Positions 44,154 through 54,620 are shown, counted from the stretch's first letter. The stretch is 64,000 nucleotides of DNA from Bacteroidales bacterium (GCA_016293535.1 JAEDEB010000002.1:24724-88723), one strand, 5' to 3'. Notes: generated by a model from the sequence alone, not told the origin. Numbers and translations are program-made.

Positions 44154-45446
44154 ATGGAAAGGAAAGACCTGGAAATAATGGCTCCGGCCGGAAATTTCGA
44201 ATGCCTGCACGCGGCCATTCAAGGCGGGGCTGATTCCGTATATTTCGGCGTGGAGAAACTGAACATGAGGTCCCACTCTGCCAACAATTTCAGAATGGAG
44301 GACCTTGCAGAGGTATGCCGGATATGCAGGGAGAACGGAGTCAAGTCCTACCTTACCCTCAACATAGTGCTCTATGACGACGAACTGGAGACCATGCGCA
44401 GGACCCTCGACGCTGCAAAGGCGGCCGGGATTACTGCGGTGATCGCATCGGACATGGCTGCGATAAGCTATGCACGCGAAATCGGGGTCGAGGTCCATAT
44501 CTCCACCCAGCTCAGCATCTCCAACTCCGAAGCGCTCCGGTTCTACGCCGCCTATGCGGACGTGATTGTGCTCGCAAGGGAGCTTGACCTTGGCCGGGTC
44601 AGGGCCATCAGTGACACCATTGAAAGGGAGGGGATCTGCGGTCCTTCCGGACGTCCCGTTCAAATAGAGATGTTCGCCCACGGAGCCCTGTGCATGGCAA
44701 TTTCAGGTAAATGTTACCTCAGTCTCCACGAATACGGGGCATCCGCGAACAGGGGTTCCTGCTACCAGATATGCCGCCGAGGCTACGAGGTCACAGATCT
44801 CGAGACAGGCAACAGCCTCAAGGTCGACAACAAGTACATAATGTCCCCGAAGGATCTCTGTACCATCGAATTCATGGACAAGATCATAGAGGCGGGGGTA
44901 AGCGTGTTCAAGATCGAGGGACGCGCCCGCAGCGCCGAATATGTCCGCAAGTGCGCCAGCTGCTACAGACGCGCCGCCGATGCCGTGTGCGATGGGTGCT
45001 ACACCCCCGAACTAGCCGCCAGCCTCAAGGAGGAACTCGCAGAGGTCTTCAACAGAGGCTTCTGGGACGGATATTATCAGGGCGCAAGGCTCGGCGAATG
45101 GAGCGATGTATATGGAAGCAGGGCGACAAGGCGCAAGGTTTACTGCGGCAAGGTCACCAACTGGTTCGCAAAACTGGGCGTTGCTGAGGTACTCGTGGAA
45201 TCGGCAAGCCTGCACAAGGGCGATGAGATACTCATAATCGGTCCTTCCACCGGAGTGATACAGACGCGCGTGGAGGAAATAAGGGTGGACCTCAAGCCTG
45301 TGGAAGAATGTGGAAAGGGCGTCTACTGTTCCATCCCTGTGGATGCCGCCGCACTTGCTTCGGCAAAGGATCCGGAAGGCAGGTCGGACCCTGCGGGCAA
45401 GCTCCGCCGCGCAGACAAGGTCTACCTCTGGGTATCGGAAGCCTGA
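44154..45446 (+). CDS. Peptidase U32 family protein
   Basis: 430 aa with the U32 signature E-x-F-x-H-G-A-L-C (EMFAHGALCMAISGKC). Confidence 0.85.
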   Translation: MERKDLEIMAPAGNFECLHAAIQGGADSVYFGVEKLNMRSHSANNFRMEDLAEVCRICRENGVKSYLTLNIVLYDDELETMRRTLDAAKAAGITAVIASDMAAISYAREIGVEVHISTQLSISNSEALRFYAAYADVIVLARELDLGRVRAISDTIEREGICGPSGRPVQIEMFAHGALCMAISGKCYLSLHEYGASANRGSCYQICRRGYEVTDLETGNSLKVDNKYIMSPKDLCTIEFMDKIIEAGVSVFKIEGRARSAEYVRKCASCYRRAADAVCDGCYTPELAASLKEELAEVFNRGFWDGYYQGARLGEWSDVYGSRATRRKVYCGKVTNWFAKLGVAEVLVESASLHKGDEILIIGPSTGVIQTRVEEIRVDLKPVEECGKGVYCSIPVDAAALASAKDPEGRSDPAGKLRRADKVYLWVSEA

Positions 45447-47890
45447 CGGAGGAACTCGGAGAAAGAGAGGGGATACTCCTCTCCCATGCTCGCCTTGTAT
45501 CTTGCGGTAAAGTTCTCAAAGGCAGTCCTTGCGGTACCCGTCCTTTTGAGGGACACGAGGGCATTGCATTTCTCCCTGAGCGCATTCTCGTCGAGGGAGT
45601 CGAACTCCAGCATCGCATCGGCAAGGGCTACAGTCTGCTCGTTATCGAGCCGGCCGCCATCGAAGAGGCGAAGTATATGGTCGGCGACGGTTCCGTCATA
45701 GTTTTCCTTGTACTTGTCCAGCCATTCAGCTCTCATTTCCGGCAGGAGAGGTCCGAGGGAGGCTATTCCGAGTATGATTCCGAAATCCGGGTCGCCCGGA
45801 CCAGTCCCCATCTTACTCATCATGGATGTGGCCTTGAGAAAATCGCAAAGGTCCTCAGAGGTTCTGACCGTCCATATCCCGTTTTCCGAAACCAGCTCCA
45901 TCGCGATTCCGGCCTCGGCGAAGACCTTCCTTATCTTGGCGAGATTCACTCCCCTGTTGTTGAAGAAACTTTCCTCACTCTTGTCGAACCACAGGGCATC
46001 CTTCATCTGGGAATTGGACACGCCCCTGCCCTCGGCCGTAGTGACAAGCAGCAGGGCCATCAGCTGCTTCATCGTAGGAGTGAAGGACGGAGTGAGGTCG
46101 CGGCCCGCCTTGTCCATAACCTTGAAAGCGCCCAGAAGGTGAACGCCCTCTGCGCGCGGCATCACCCTGAACTCGTTCCCCTTCTTGCGGCGCAGACTGC
46201 GGACACGGAACCTGAGCAGGACTGCGCAGATCCCGGCAAGCAGAACCGATGCAAGAACTGACAGCAGGACTGCAAGACGGTCCTTGCCCTTGCTGGTTTC
46301 AGGATGGGCATAACCGGTATCCACAGGGAGTATTATCTCGTACATCTCCGCCAGATAGGAGGCATCGGACTCCTTTGTGACAAGAACTGCGTGATAGGCA
46401 TTCCCGTATCTCAACAGAGTCGCATCGGAGTTCACGTCGAGAAAGTCATAAGGCAGAGGTTCTCCCAGAGGCGTCACGGTTCCCGTCTCCAGGTCGACAG
46501 ACTTGAGCTGGAGGGCAGTCTTGAAAACGTTAGGGGAATAGAACAGGCCCACAAGGGTACGGCCATCGTCCTCCACTATCAGGCGGTCTGCCGCCACCTC
46601 CTGTGCCTCGTTCCCGAAACTTCCGAGATTCTCTGCGGTGAAATCCGAAAGGTCGAGGCGCCAAATGTCGTTGTATATGACTATCCCGTATTCCTGTATG
46701 CCCTTGGGATTTCCCTTTCCTCCGAGTATGTACGCGCAGCCGTCACCCAGGCCCACAGCACTGAGGTAGCGGGGCGGGATTTCTTCAAGCTTGAGTTTCC
46801 GGAAAGACCCGTCCGGAGAGATGACGGTCAGGTCGTTGAAATAGCGGTGCTGCCCATACCCGAACATCACCATAAAACTTGAATCCACAGGATTCACGAA
46901 GGAATTGTGGTGTTCCAGCAGAGAATGGCTGCTCCTGTTGACCGGCCCCTGCCAGGCCCTGCCGTCGTAGCGGTTTACCACGACTCCCTTTTCGGCCACG
47001 TCGACATAGGCTATGCTTCCGTCGGACATCACGGCGAAATCGTTTGCCAGACGGGATGCCGCGAGGGGCTGCTCGAAGCCGCTTTGCACGCTTTCGCCAG
47101 AGGATAGGTCATAGGAAACCACCTTTGCCGGAGTAATCAGGTTCACGCGGCCCCTGGCAAGGTCCACGGCATGGAAGATCTTCTCGGTAGAACGGAACTC
47201 CATTGTCTTGTGCCAGTGACGGCTTCTTTCTATCGACCAATCGGGATTCTCCACGGAAATCGCCGTCTTCCCGTAACGGGTGAGGTCGGTCCAGTCCCGG
47301 AGTTCCCAGAAATAGGAGTCGCGATCATTGACGGTCACGCTGACGTTCCTTATGAACATCGGGGCCACATCATTGGTGAACATCCCGCTGTCAGTATTCC
47401 TCCCGAAAAAGATACGCACCTGGCTGGCAGAATTCCTCCCGTCTGCCGGCAGAAACCTTTCCACCCCGTTGACGTTGACTGCAATCGAGTCCGTTCCGCT
47501 ACGGCGGAACTGAATCTGCAGGGTGTGCCACTCCCTTATGTCTCCCTCCAGGACGGGGAGCATCTCCTGACCGCCGGTGACCACCACCTTGGGAGACTCT
47601 CCGCGTGGATTCACGGCAAGAAGGTCCACAACTTCGTCGGCAACCATTATCCTGCAGACATACCCGAATACGTCATGGCTTGGCTTGAGCCTGAAGTCGA
47701 AAGACAGCTTGAAAGCCTTCTTGAACTTGAACGGGGCGCATTCCTGCGAAGGAATGACAAGGGAAGTTCTGTTTTCCGGTTCCGCCTCATAGGCACTGAA
47801 TCCAAGCCCCGCCTCTGCTCCGGCCCTCAGAGCCGGGAGCAGAAGCAGGAAAAGGATTACTTCGAGTCTTGCCTTTCTTGCGTATGTCAT
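45422..47890 (-). CDS. Single-pass membrane protein: exported LamG-like + kelch/beta-propeller-like region, TM helix, cytoplasmic winged-helix (OmpR/SARP-like) DNA-binding region
   Basis: 822 aa. Signal-like N-terminus and one internal TM segment (LAVLLSVLASVLLAGICAVLLRF followed by RVRSLRRKKG). After the TM comes LLGAFKVMDKAGRDLTPSFTPTMKQLMALLL...SNSQMKDALWFD...NRGVNLAKIRKVF, which resembles OmpR/SARP trans_reg_C. Domain calls rest on pattern recognition only. Confidence 0.5.
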   Translation of the reverse strand: MTYARKARLEVILFLLLLPALRAGAEAGLGFSAYEAEPENRTSLVIPSQECAPFKFKKAFKLSFDFRLKPSHDVFGYVCRIMVADEVVDLLAVNPRGESPKVVVTGGQEMLPVLEGDIREWHTLQIQFRRSGTDSIAVNVNGVERFLPADGRNSASQVRIFFGRNTDSGMFTNDVAPMFIRNVSVTVNDRDSYFWELRDWTDLTRYGKTAISVENPDWSIERSRHWHKTMEFRSTEKIFHAVDLARGRVNLITPAKVVSYDLSSGESVQSGFEQPLAASRLANDFAVMSDGSIAYVDVAEKGVVVNRYDGRAWQGPVNRSSHSLLEHHNSFVNPVDSSFMVMFGYGQHRYFNDLTVISPDGSFRKLKLEEIPPRYLSAVGLGDGCAYILGGKGNPKGIQEYGIVIYNDIWRLDLSDFTAENLGSFGNEAQEVAADRLIVEDDGRTLVGLFYSPNVFKTALQLKSVDLETGTVTPLGEPLPYDFLDVNSDATLLRYGNAYHAVLVTKESDASYLAEMYEIILPVDTGYAHPETSKGKDRLAVLLSVLASVLLAGICAVLLRFRVRSLRRKKGNEFRVMPRAEGVHLLGAFKVMDKAGRDLTPSFTPTMKQLMALLLVTTAEGRGVSNSQMKDALWFDKSEESFFNNRGVNLAKIRKVFAEAGIAMELVSENGIWTVRTSEDLCDFLKATSMMSKMGTGPGDPDFGIILGIASLGPLLPEMRAEWLDKYKENYDGTVADHILRLFDGGRLDNEQTVALADAMLEFDSLDENALREKCNALVSLKRTGTARTAFENFTARYKASMGEEYPLSFSEFLRQASDTQR

Positions 47891-47921
47891 CCCATAAAAG
47901 ATAGTGCTAAGATAGCGAGAA

Positions 47922-50144
47922 TTATCTTATTGCAAAGGATGGAGGTACGCTTGAACTTGCCCAGTCCTTGTTCGGACGGGAACCCATGACGAAACGGAGT
48001 TTCCCGCCCTTCATAAGTTCTTCGTGAGTGAACCAGCAGCGGTCGAGAGGCTCGCCGTCAAGTTCTGCTGACTGAATATATTTGTTCTCCGGAGCGAAGT
48101 TCTCGCACTCCACGGTGAAGCTGCGTCCGTCTCCCAGGTCCAGGCTTGCCCTCTCAAAGAAAGGAGAGCCTATGACATACATAGGAAGGCCTGGGGTCAC
48201 CGGATAGAAGCCCAGCATAGAGAAAACGACGAACGCTGACATTCCGCCGCCGTCCTCGTCGCCCGGGACACCCATCAGATCGTTCCTGAACCACTGGTCC
48301 ATCAGAGTATGTATACGCTTCTGGGTCTTCCACGGGGCTCCCGCATAATTGTAAAGGTATGGGATGTGGAGGGAAGGCTCGTTGGCCATGGAGAACTGAC
48401 CGACATTGCCCGTGTGGTCCGGCAACTGGGAATAGAACTCATATTTCCCGCTTCCAAGAGGAGTTGCGAACATACGGTCGAGTTCCTCCGTGAATTGCTC
48501 CGGTCCTCCCATAAGAGAAACCAGGTCGGCCACGTTGTGCTGGACATCCCACCTGTAAACCCAGCCGTTGTTCTCTCCGTAGGCATTCCTCGCTCCGAGG
48601 CCGCCCGCACGGGCATAGTCGAACGGCATTATGAAATTGCCGTCCTTGTCCTTGGGATGGAAGAAGCGGGTATCCCTGTTCCATATAGTCCTGTAGTTGA
48701 GAGAACCCTGCTCGAAGTTGCGCGCAGCCTCGTGGTCGCCGGCACCGTCGGCAAGGATGGAAAGACACCACTGATCGTATGCGGTTCCCAGAGTGACGGC
48801 CACCGGCTGTCTCTTCTCGAAATGGTGTACCTCAGGGAGAGTTTCCGGTTCCGAGTCGTGAAGGGCAGGAATATACCCGTGCTTCCAGTAGAAAGCGGAC
48901 AATTCTCCGCCCTTTGCGGCCGACCACGGCGCGAGGGTCTTTTCCACTATTCCGTCACGGCAATATGCATACAGGGAATCGACGTCGAATCCTGTCAGGC
49001 CCTTGGACATTGCATCGGCGACGAAGGCCACTGCGTGGTTGGAGTTCATCCTGCGGCTGTCTCCGGTAACCTCAGGGAAGGTCGGCATCCACTTGTCCTC
49101 CATCTGGCTGCTCATACGCGCATAGGAGTTGATCATATCCACTTCCTTCTCCGGCTCGAGTATGACCCTCAGGGGGTGCACAGCCCTATAGGTGTCCCAA
49201 ACCCAGTCGTCGGTATAGAACGGTTCCTCATCCTCGTGGACCTTGCCGTCGAACGCGCTGTAATAGCGTCCATACTCGCTCAGGCATATCATCCTCTCGT
49301 AAGTCCTGTACAGCGAGGTGTAGAAGACAGTCTTGTCCTCGTCGCTTCCTCTGCCGAGCCTGACTTTTCCGAGGGTCGAGTTCCATATCTTCCGTCCCTC
49401 GCGCGCCACTGCATCGAGATCGAAGCCTTGGATTTCGGCGTCGAGGTTGGCCTTGGCCTGATTCTCATCTATGAAGGAAACCCCATAGCGGATGCAAAGC
49501 TCCGACACCTCCGGCCCGAAGGAAAGCACTACGTAGTTGCCCCCGTTCCTGAGATATTCGCGGGAAAGGGTGACTTTCTCCGACGGCTCAGCCCATATAT
49601 AGACCTTGGTCTCATCCTGCACGGTCTGATAACCCTTCACTGCTCCGTCCTCGTAACGGAGCTGTCCCTTCGCGGTGTTGAAGACGATGGAAGGGGCACC
49701 GTTGTCGGCATCGAAGACGAGCCTGTAGACTGCAGAATGCCACGACGGAGCAAATTCGGCGTCCACCGCCTCTTCCTCGAAGGATACGCTGTATTTGTAA
49801 GGAGTCACCTTCTCGTTGTCATAATGGTACCAGTAAACCGGATCGGGGCTGTCGGCTTCACCCTGGAAAAAAGAAAGGTTGAAGGCGGACTTTCCCCTGT
49901 GGCTGGTCACGATGAGGGGCAGTCCCTTCACCTTGTCGGCCGCATAATCGGCCCTTTCCGGATAAACCCTCAGCATGGAGTTCGGCAGGTGCACAGTGGG
50001 ATAGGTCGGGACGAGAAGATGGCTGATGTTGCCCATATAAGGGTTTACATAGTCCACCGGAGTCATTCCCGCATCACCCGCGCAGGATACTGCCAGAAGC
50101 CCCGACACAAAGACGAGGGCTGCAATTGTTCTGATTCTTTTCAT
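47922..50144 (-). CDS. Glycoside hydrolase family 92-like (alpha-mannosidase family) lipoprotein
   Basis: 740 aa with a signal/lipobox (LAVSC). N-terminal VNPYMGN... and C-terminal GDEDGGGMSAFVVFSMLGFYPV resemble the conserved GH92 blocks (VNPFIGT; NEDxGQMSAWYVFSALGFYPV). Confidence 0.7.
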   Translation of the reverse strand: MKRIRTIAALVFVSGLLAVSCAGDAGMTPVDYVNPYMGNISHLLVPTYPTVHLPNSMLRVYPERADYAADKVKGLPLIVTSHRGKSAFNLSFFQGEADSPDPVYWYHYDNEKVTPYKYSVSFEEEAVDAEFAPSWHSAVYRLVFDADNGAPSIVFNTAKGQLRYEDGAVKGYQTVQDETKVYIWAEPSEKVTLSREYLRNGGNYVVLSFGPEVSELCIRYGVSFIDENQAKANLDAEIQGFDLDAVAREGRKIWNSTLGKVRLGRGSDEDKTVFYTSLYRTYERMICLSEYGRYYSAFDGKVHEDEEPFYTDDWVWDTYRAVHPLRVILEPEKEVDMINSYARMSSQMEDKWMPTFPEVTGDSRRMNSNHAVAFVADAMSKGLTGFDVDSLYAYCRDGIVEKTLAPWSAAKGGELSAFYWKHGYIPALHDSEPETLPEVHHFEKRQPVAVTLGTAYDQWCLSILADGAGDHEAARNFEQGSLNYRTIWNRDTRFFHPKDKDGNFIMPFDYARAGGLGARNAYGENNGWVYRWDVQHNVADLVSLMGGPEQFTEELDRMFATPLGSGKYEFYSQLPDHTGNVGQFSMANEPSLHIPYLYNYAGAPWKTQKRIHTLMDQWFRNDLMGVPGDEDGGGMSAFVVFSMLGFYPVTPGLPMYVIGSPFFERASLDLGDGRSFTVECENFAPENKYIQSAELDGEPLDRCWFTHEELMKGGKLRFVMGSRPNKDWASSSVPPSFAIR

Positions 50145-50145
50145 C

Positions 50146-51849
50146 TTATTTGTTGTTCATATACGCTTCAACTGAAAATTCCTTGGGCCTCGACATCTTC
50201 TCGACGTATACACGTCCGAAACGGTCGGTCACCCGGATTTCCACTTCCGTGTCCGGTGCGGATGCCTTCGCCCTGAACATATGTCCCGTCTCCTTTGCAG
50301 GGAAGGACAGGGTCCTGTTCATATTCGAGCGGGTGACGTTATATGCGAGTACGTGGAGAGGGTCCGTCCCCTTGAATTTCTCGACTTCGAGAGCCTTCCC
50401 GCCCTCGAAAACTTCGACCTTCCAGGCCGGATCCCAATCCCAGACGTTAATGTACACATAATTGTCCTCACTTGCAAGCCCATACTCGCCCAAAGACTCC
50501 GCAAGTATCTGCCTGTGAGCCTCATCCGCGTCGGGAGCGTCGCGCAATGGGTCTATCGCTATCATATTCCTGTCATAGCTGCGGAACTGGAAGTCCTCCG
50601 GCTGTTCTATGCCCTTGAAGCGCCATTTCACATCCTTACCGGACATATCCATCACCCTATATCCTCCCGGTGCGCCGTCACGGCCGATGTGGAGCCAAGG
50701 ATGGTCATATCCCGTGTACCACCAGGTCGCGCAGACCGCCCCGGAGTTGAGCTCCATAACAGGAGTCGTCCCGTCGAGTTTGTCGACATTGTAGATGATG
50801 TGGGTATGGCCCGAAAGTATATAGACCCTGCTCAGCCCATCCAGACATTCCAGAAGCTCGTCCGCGTTCTTGAGGGACTTGCTGCCCGACTCCTTGAAGA
50901 GAGGCGCGTGCATCACAATCACCACGGGGGTCGTAGGGGAAATATGGGAAAGGTCCTTCTCAAGCCAGTCGATCTGGTCCTCCACAAGGCGGGTATTGTA
51001 TCTCGCCTTCTCCCCCGTCCCGTCATTGGTACATTCGATGTTGTCGAGCACCACATAATGGAAACGTCCGAAATTGAAGGAATAGTAGCTCGGACCAATC
51101 ATCTGACGGAACTTGGCCGAAGTCAGGAAATCGCCCTCTGCCTCGAGTTCATGGTCGTGGTTGCCCATCGCGTGGAAGACCTGCAGACCGCGAACGCGGG
51201 ACATGTCACGGAGATAGTCGGAGAAACCGTACGGGCCCGAAAGCCAGTGCGAATCCCAGGTCATGTCGCCCAGGGTCAGAGCGAACATATTCTTGTCGGG
51301 ATTGGCCCTCACATAGGCATCCAGCTCATCCGTGAAATGCCTGAACTGGCCTATGTCGTCAGAACGGCGGGCAAGCTGTATGTCGCCTATGACTATCACT
51401 TCGTGCTCGTTCTGGTCCCTGTCGGCGACCAGCTCGAAATCACGCTGCTGAAGCTTTTTACCCTTCTCCAGGCTCCTGTGGAACTGAGGAAGTATCCCGT
51501 CCGAGGCTACGCGGTATCCCGAAGGGATGCTGATGAACACATAGCCCATCTTCAGGCCGGACTTCAACTGATAAAGCCCGTCCCTGTCTGTTTCAGTCAC
51601 AGCATATCCGTCCGACACAACAACACCGGGGATGCCTTTCCCGTCACAGCTTACATAACCGTAGACATTGGTCCCGGTCTTGAGGTCAGGAGCCGGACTT
51701 ACCTCCTCCGGAGGTGTCAAGGGTTTGTCATCGCCTCCGATGCTGCCGGCTGCAGGAGTGCAGCCGGCCAGCATGGCGAGCAAAAGAATTGTAAGTCTGC
51801 GTATCACTTTGTCACTCTGAGAGCTTGAACTGCGCCCTGGTTTCGTCAA
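50146..51849 (-). CDS. Calcineurin-like metallophosphoesterase lipoprotein
   Basis: 567 aa with lipobox LAGC. An N-terminal Ig/carboxypeptidase-regulatory-like segment is followed by MPP motifs GDIQL, GDMTWD, GNHDHE and SGHTH, then a C-terminal extension domain. Confidence 0.8.
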   Translation of the reverse strand: MTKPGRSSSSQSDKVIRRLTILLLAMLAGCTPAAGSIGGDDKPLTPPEEVSPAPDLKTGTNVYGYVSCDGKGIPGVVVSDGYAVTETDRDGLYQLKSGLKMGYVFISIPSGYRVASDGILPQFHRSLEKGKKLQQRDFELVADRDQNEHEVIVIGDIQLARRSDDIGQFRHFTDELDAYVRANPDKNMFALTLGDMTWDSHWLSGPYGFSDYLRDMSRVRGLQVFHAMGNHDHELEAEGDFLTSAKFRQMIGPSYYSFNFGRFHYVVLDNIECTNDGTGEKARYNTRLVEDQIDWLEKDLSHISPTTPVVIVMHAPLFKESGSKSLKNADELLECLDGLSRVYILSGHTHIIYNVDKLDGTTPVMELNSGAVCATWWYTGYDHPWLHIGRDGAPGGYRVMDMSGKDVKWRFKGIEQPEDFQFRSYDRNMIAIDPLRDAPDADEAHRQILAESLGEYGLASEDNYVYINVWDWDPAWKVEVFEGGKALEVEKFKGTDPLHVLAYNVTRSNMNRTLSFPAKETGHMFRAKASAPDTEVEIRVTDRFGRVYVEKMSRPKEFSVEAYMNNK

Positions 51850-52912
51850 GGAACCTACCTTCCTTCAGGTCAGACGGCTCCAGATTGGTTCCGTACTTCC
51901 AGTCGTTCCACGAGTTGATGATTACCAGATTATGACTGCCGATGTTGCGTTTTGCCACATTGCAGAAATCTATGTAGTCATCAAGTTCCCCGTTGTCGCC
52001 AAAGGTGTAGTAGTAGCTCTTCTTGTCGTACACGCGGTCGTTGAACGAAGGATAGACGCAAGGTACAAAATCTACGTTCCTTTTTGCAAGAGTGGTCTTC
52101 CAGTTGTTCCAATTTATGTCAAGGAAGCTGAAATAGCTGTAGAAGAGGTCGTAAGACCTGGTCTTCCACGTATTTGGGACAACCGCGTCGAAGGAGTAGA
52201 TCTGATGGTCTGCATAGTTCACCGGAGCCACCCAGCCTGTTGTTATCTGGCCTATCACGTAGAGATCCAATCCATAGAAACTCTTGAAGTCGTTTCTGAG
52301 CTGGCCGATGACCTTGCTGAAGTCTATGCTCAGGAGTGCGTCGCTGCTCAGATTCGCAGGAGTCACAAGGAGAACCGGCTTGCCGTCAATGCGGTAGTAG
52401 CTGTCATCAAGCATATATCCGGCGAGCACGTCCACGAATTCGGCGATGAACTTCTTGTAGTTGTTCTCAGACTCGAGGGGGCTGTCGTTGGTTACTTTGA
52501 GGTGGGAGGTATTGTAGCAGAAGGCAAACTTGACTCCAGTCTCCTCCGACCTTGCGTCGATGAAGGAATTGACGAGGGCCGTGTCACTGGAAGCTTTGTC
52601 CCAGCCGAAGATGAAGAAATCCACTCCGGCCGAGTCCGCCCAGTCGATATGCTGTTCCAGCACTCCCGCATCGGCAGTCTTGTAATAACCCAGAAGAGGC
52701 ACCTCCGGAGATGTTGAACTGCTCACCTCGGTGTTGTAATTGACGTAGTAGCAGCCCAGAACGGCATCCTTGTCCAGATCTGTCTGGGGAATGTCATACA
52801 CGTACTTGTCCTTGTCCGGAGCGCCATACTGCTCCTTTGTGCAGGAAGCAGCCGAAAGGACGGCAGCGGAAAGTGCAATTATAAAATATATCTTTTTCAT
52901 AGTAGCTGTCAC
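51812..52912 (-). CDS. Putative glycoside hydrolase lipoprotein (GH99-like/WbsX-like TIM barrel, tentative)
   Basis: 366 aa with lipobox (AASC; the start may be Met5 at 52900). The motif run YY...HIDWADSAGVDFFIFGWD...NSWNDWKYGT suggests a TIM-barrel glycosidase-like fold. The family assignment is uncertain. Confidence 0.35.
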   Translation of the reverse strand: MTATMKKIYFIIALSAAVLSAASCTKEQYGAPDKDKYVYDIPQTDLDKDAVLGCYYVNYNTEVSSSTSPEVPLLGYYKTADAGVLEQHIDWADSAGVDFFIFGWDKASSDTALVNSFIDARSEETGVKFAFCYNTSHLKVTNDSPLESENNYKKFIAEFVDVLAGYMLDDSYYRIDGKPVLLVTPANLSSDALLSIDFSKVIGQLRNDFKSFYGLDLYVIGQITTGWVAPVNYADHQIYSFDAVVPNTWKTRSYDLFYSYFSFLDINWNNWKTTLAKRNVDFVPCVYPSFNDRVYDKKSYYYTFGDNGELDDYIDFCNVAKRNIGSHNLVIINSWNDWKYGTNLEPSDLKEGRFLDETRAQFKLSE

Positions 52913-54603
52913 TGTTTGTTATAATTGTCTACCAGATCCTTAAGGTTCTTGTTGATTCTCTGCGGCTTTGCCCACCAGAGAGGGGTGTCCATCGCGTCGG
53001 CGCCACCGGCCAGCAATTGCTGGGCCTTGGCCGTTTCCTCGGCATTGTCCTGAAGTTCGCTGGATGGATACTTGAGCCTCATTGGAAGATATGAGAACTC
53101 AACATCGGAGGAGCCGGCGTTGACCGCGCCGTAACCGAGTTCAGGCTGATAGTGCGGAACGATGTCGAGAGCCTGGGAGCGGCGCAGGAGCGTCCATGCG
53201 TCGATTGCCTGGTTGAACAGGGCGATGTACTGCTGCATTATAATCTGGGTGTAGATGGCGTCAGTTCCGTCGTCCTTGATGGCGCTTGAGCACAAGCCCA
53301 GATAATCCATGAAGTACCTTTCGCCCTCCTCGCTCACCTCAAGGTCGGTAAGAGTGTCGAAATCTATTCCGTCAACGTTGAGGTAGTTCCTTATTGCATC
53401 CTCATCGGTGACTCCGAACTGCTGCATGGAAGCACGGATTCCGTCGTAGTAGTAGTCGGAGACGCTCTCCGTTCCGCTGCCAAGTCCGAGATGGGCAAGC
53501 TCAGCCTTGAGGAGGCAGACCTCTGCATAGCTGAGTATCATCTGCGTATAATTTGCCGCAAAATAACTGTCCAGCATTACGGAGTAGGCAGTTGCAGGAA
53601 TACCGGCGTGTGGATTGCTGGAATCGAGCATTCCGGACACAGGGGTATGGTCGGTCTTCGGCTTGCCCCAGTACGGAGCCCAGTGGAAATCCGCCGGCAT
53701 CTGGGAGGACGTGCACTTTGTGAAGAATTTCTCGAGGCGCGGATCCTTGTATGGAGCCGTGTACATCAGGAAACACTCTCCCGCCGAGTTCGCCTTGTCC
53801 AGGTTCGTGGTCTGGACGATAAAGTAATCGTAGTAGTAGTTGCGGGTAGCCTCATTGTCTCCCCACTTCACGGTACAGTTGTCCGCATTGCTTTCCATAA
53901 GGAGGGACTCGTCTTCCATAAGGTCGGAGATATGGGACATCGCAAGTTCCCTGTCCGCATTGCAGATTCTCACCGCAAGGCGCAGGCGAAGCGAATTCGC
54001 GAACTTCACCCATCTGTTCAGATTGCTCTTTCCGTCCTCCCCGGCAAACACGGGATCGTGAAGGAAGCGGTCGCCGTCAAGGTCGATGGCTTCGGCACAT
54101 TCCTTCAGTCCTTCGAGCAGAGCGTTGTATATGGTCGGCTCATCATCATACGGCACCGAGGTGGTTCCCTTGAGGGCTCCTGACATAGGGATAGGGCCCC
54201 ATATCGATGTCACCTGGGAGAATACGTAGTATTTCCATATCCTTGCTATGGCTACCCTGTTGACATATTCCTCGTTATCGCTGTAATCGTCCTCTATAAA
54301 CTGCAGAGGCAGAAGCGCATAGTTGTAGAATGCCCTGAAGTACTCGCTGTTGGTGGTAGGTATGTCTCCGTACCTTCCCATCTGGTTTGTCTGGCCGTAG
54401 CAGTACTGAACATAATTGTCGAGCAGGTTCTTCTTGATGGCGCCGCAGGATGCCTTGAGTGTCTGGTATACGCTGGTGTTGAGCAGGTATTCCGGATTGG
54501 CTTCGGACAACTGGTTCGGATTCCTGTTCATGTCCTCGAAACCCTTCGTGCAGGACACGAATGCCAGCGCAACTGTCATTATTGCTATGATTGTCTTTTT
54601 CAT
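52909..54603 (-). CDS. SusD/RagB family nutrient-binding outer-membrane lipoprotein
   Basis: 564 aa with lipobox FVSC followed by TKGFEDMNRNPNQ. Helical TPR-like composition, immediately downstream of SusC. Confidence 0.85.
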   Translation of the reverse strand: MKKTIIAIMTVALAFVSCTKGFEDMNRNPNQLSEANPEYLLNTSVYQTLKASCGAIKKNLLDNYVQYCYGQTNQMGRYGDIPTTNSEYFRAFYNYALLPLQFIEDDYSDNEEYVNRVAIARIWKYYVFSQVTSIWGPIPMSGALKGTTSVPYDDEPTIYNALLEGLKECAEAIDLDGDRFLHDPVFAGEDGKSNLNRWVKFANSLRLRLAVRICNADRELAMSHISDLMEDESLLMESNADNCTVKWGDNEATRNYYYDYFIVQTTNLDKANSAGECFLMYTAPYKDPRLEKFFTKCTSSQMPADFHWAPYWGKPKTDHTPVSGMLDSSNPHAGIPATAYSVMLDSYFAANYTQMILSYAEVCLLKAELAHLGLGSGTESVSDYYYDGIRASMQQFGVTDEDAIRNYLNVDGIDFDTLTDLEVSEEGERYFMDYLGLCSSAIKDDGTDAIYTQIIMQQYIALFNQAIDAWTLLRRSQALDIVPHYQPELGYGAVNAGSSDVEFSYLPMRLKYPSSELQDNAEETAKAQQLLAGGADAMDTPLWWAKPQRINKNLKDLVDNYNKQ

Positions 54604-54620
54604 TTCGATTTCCTCCTGTT

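Noticed and set aside
48309-51828. Two long plus-strand ORFs (655 and 515 aa) antisense to the GH92 and metallophosphoesterase genes. Similar cases occur at 26559-27926, 35255-36376, 31226-32038, 45308-46261 and 56637-57641.
   Set aside because: They are antisense shadows of well-supported minus-strand genes. They have no signal peptides or motifs and no independent promoter or spacing logic.
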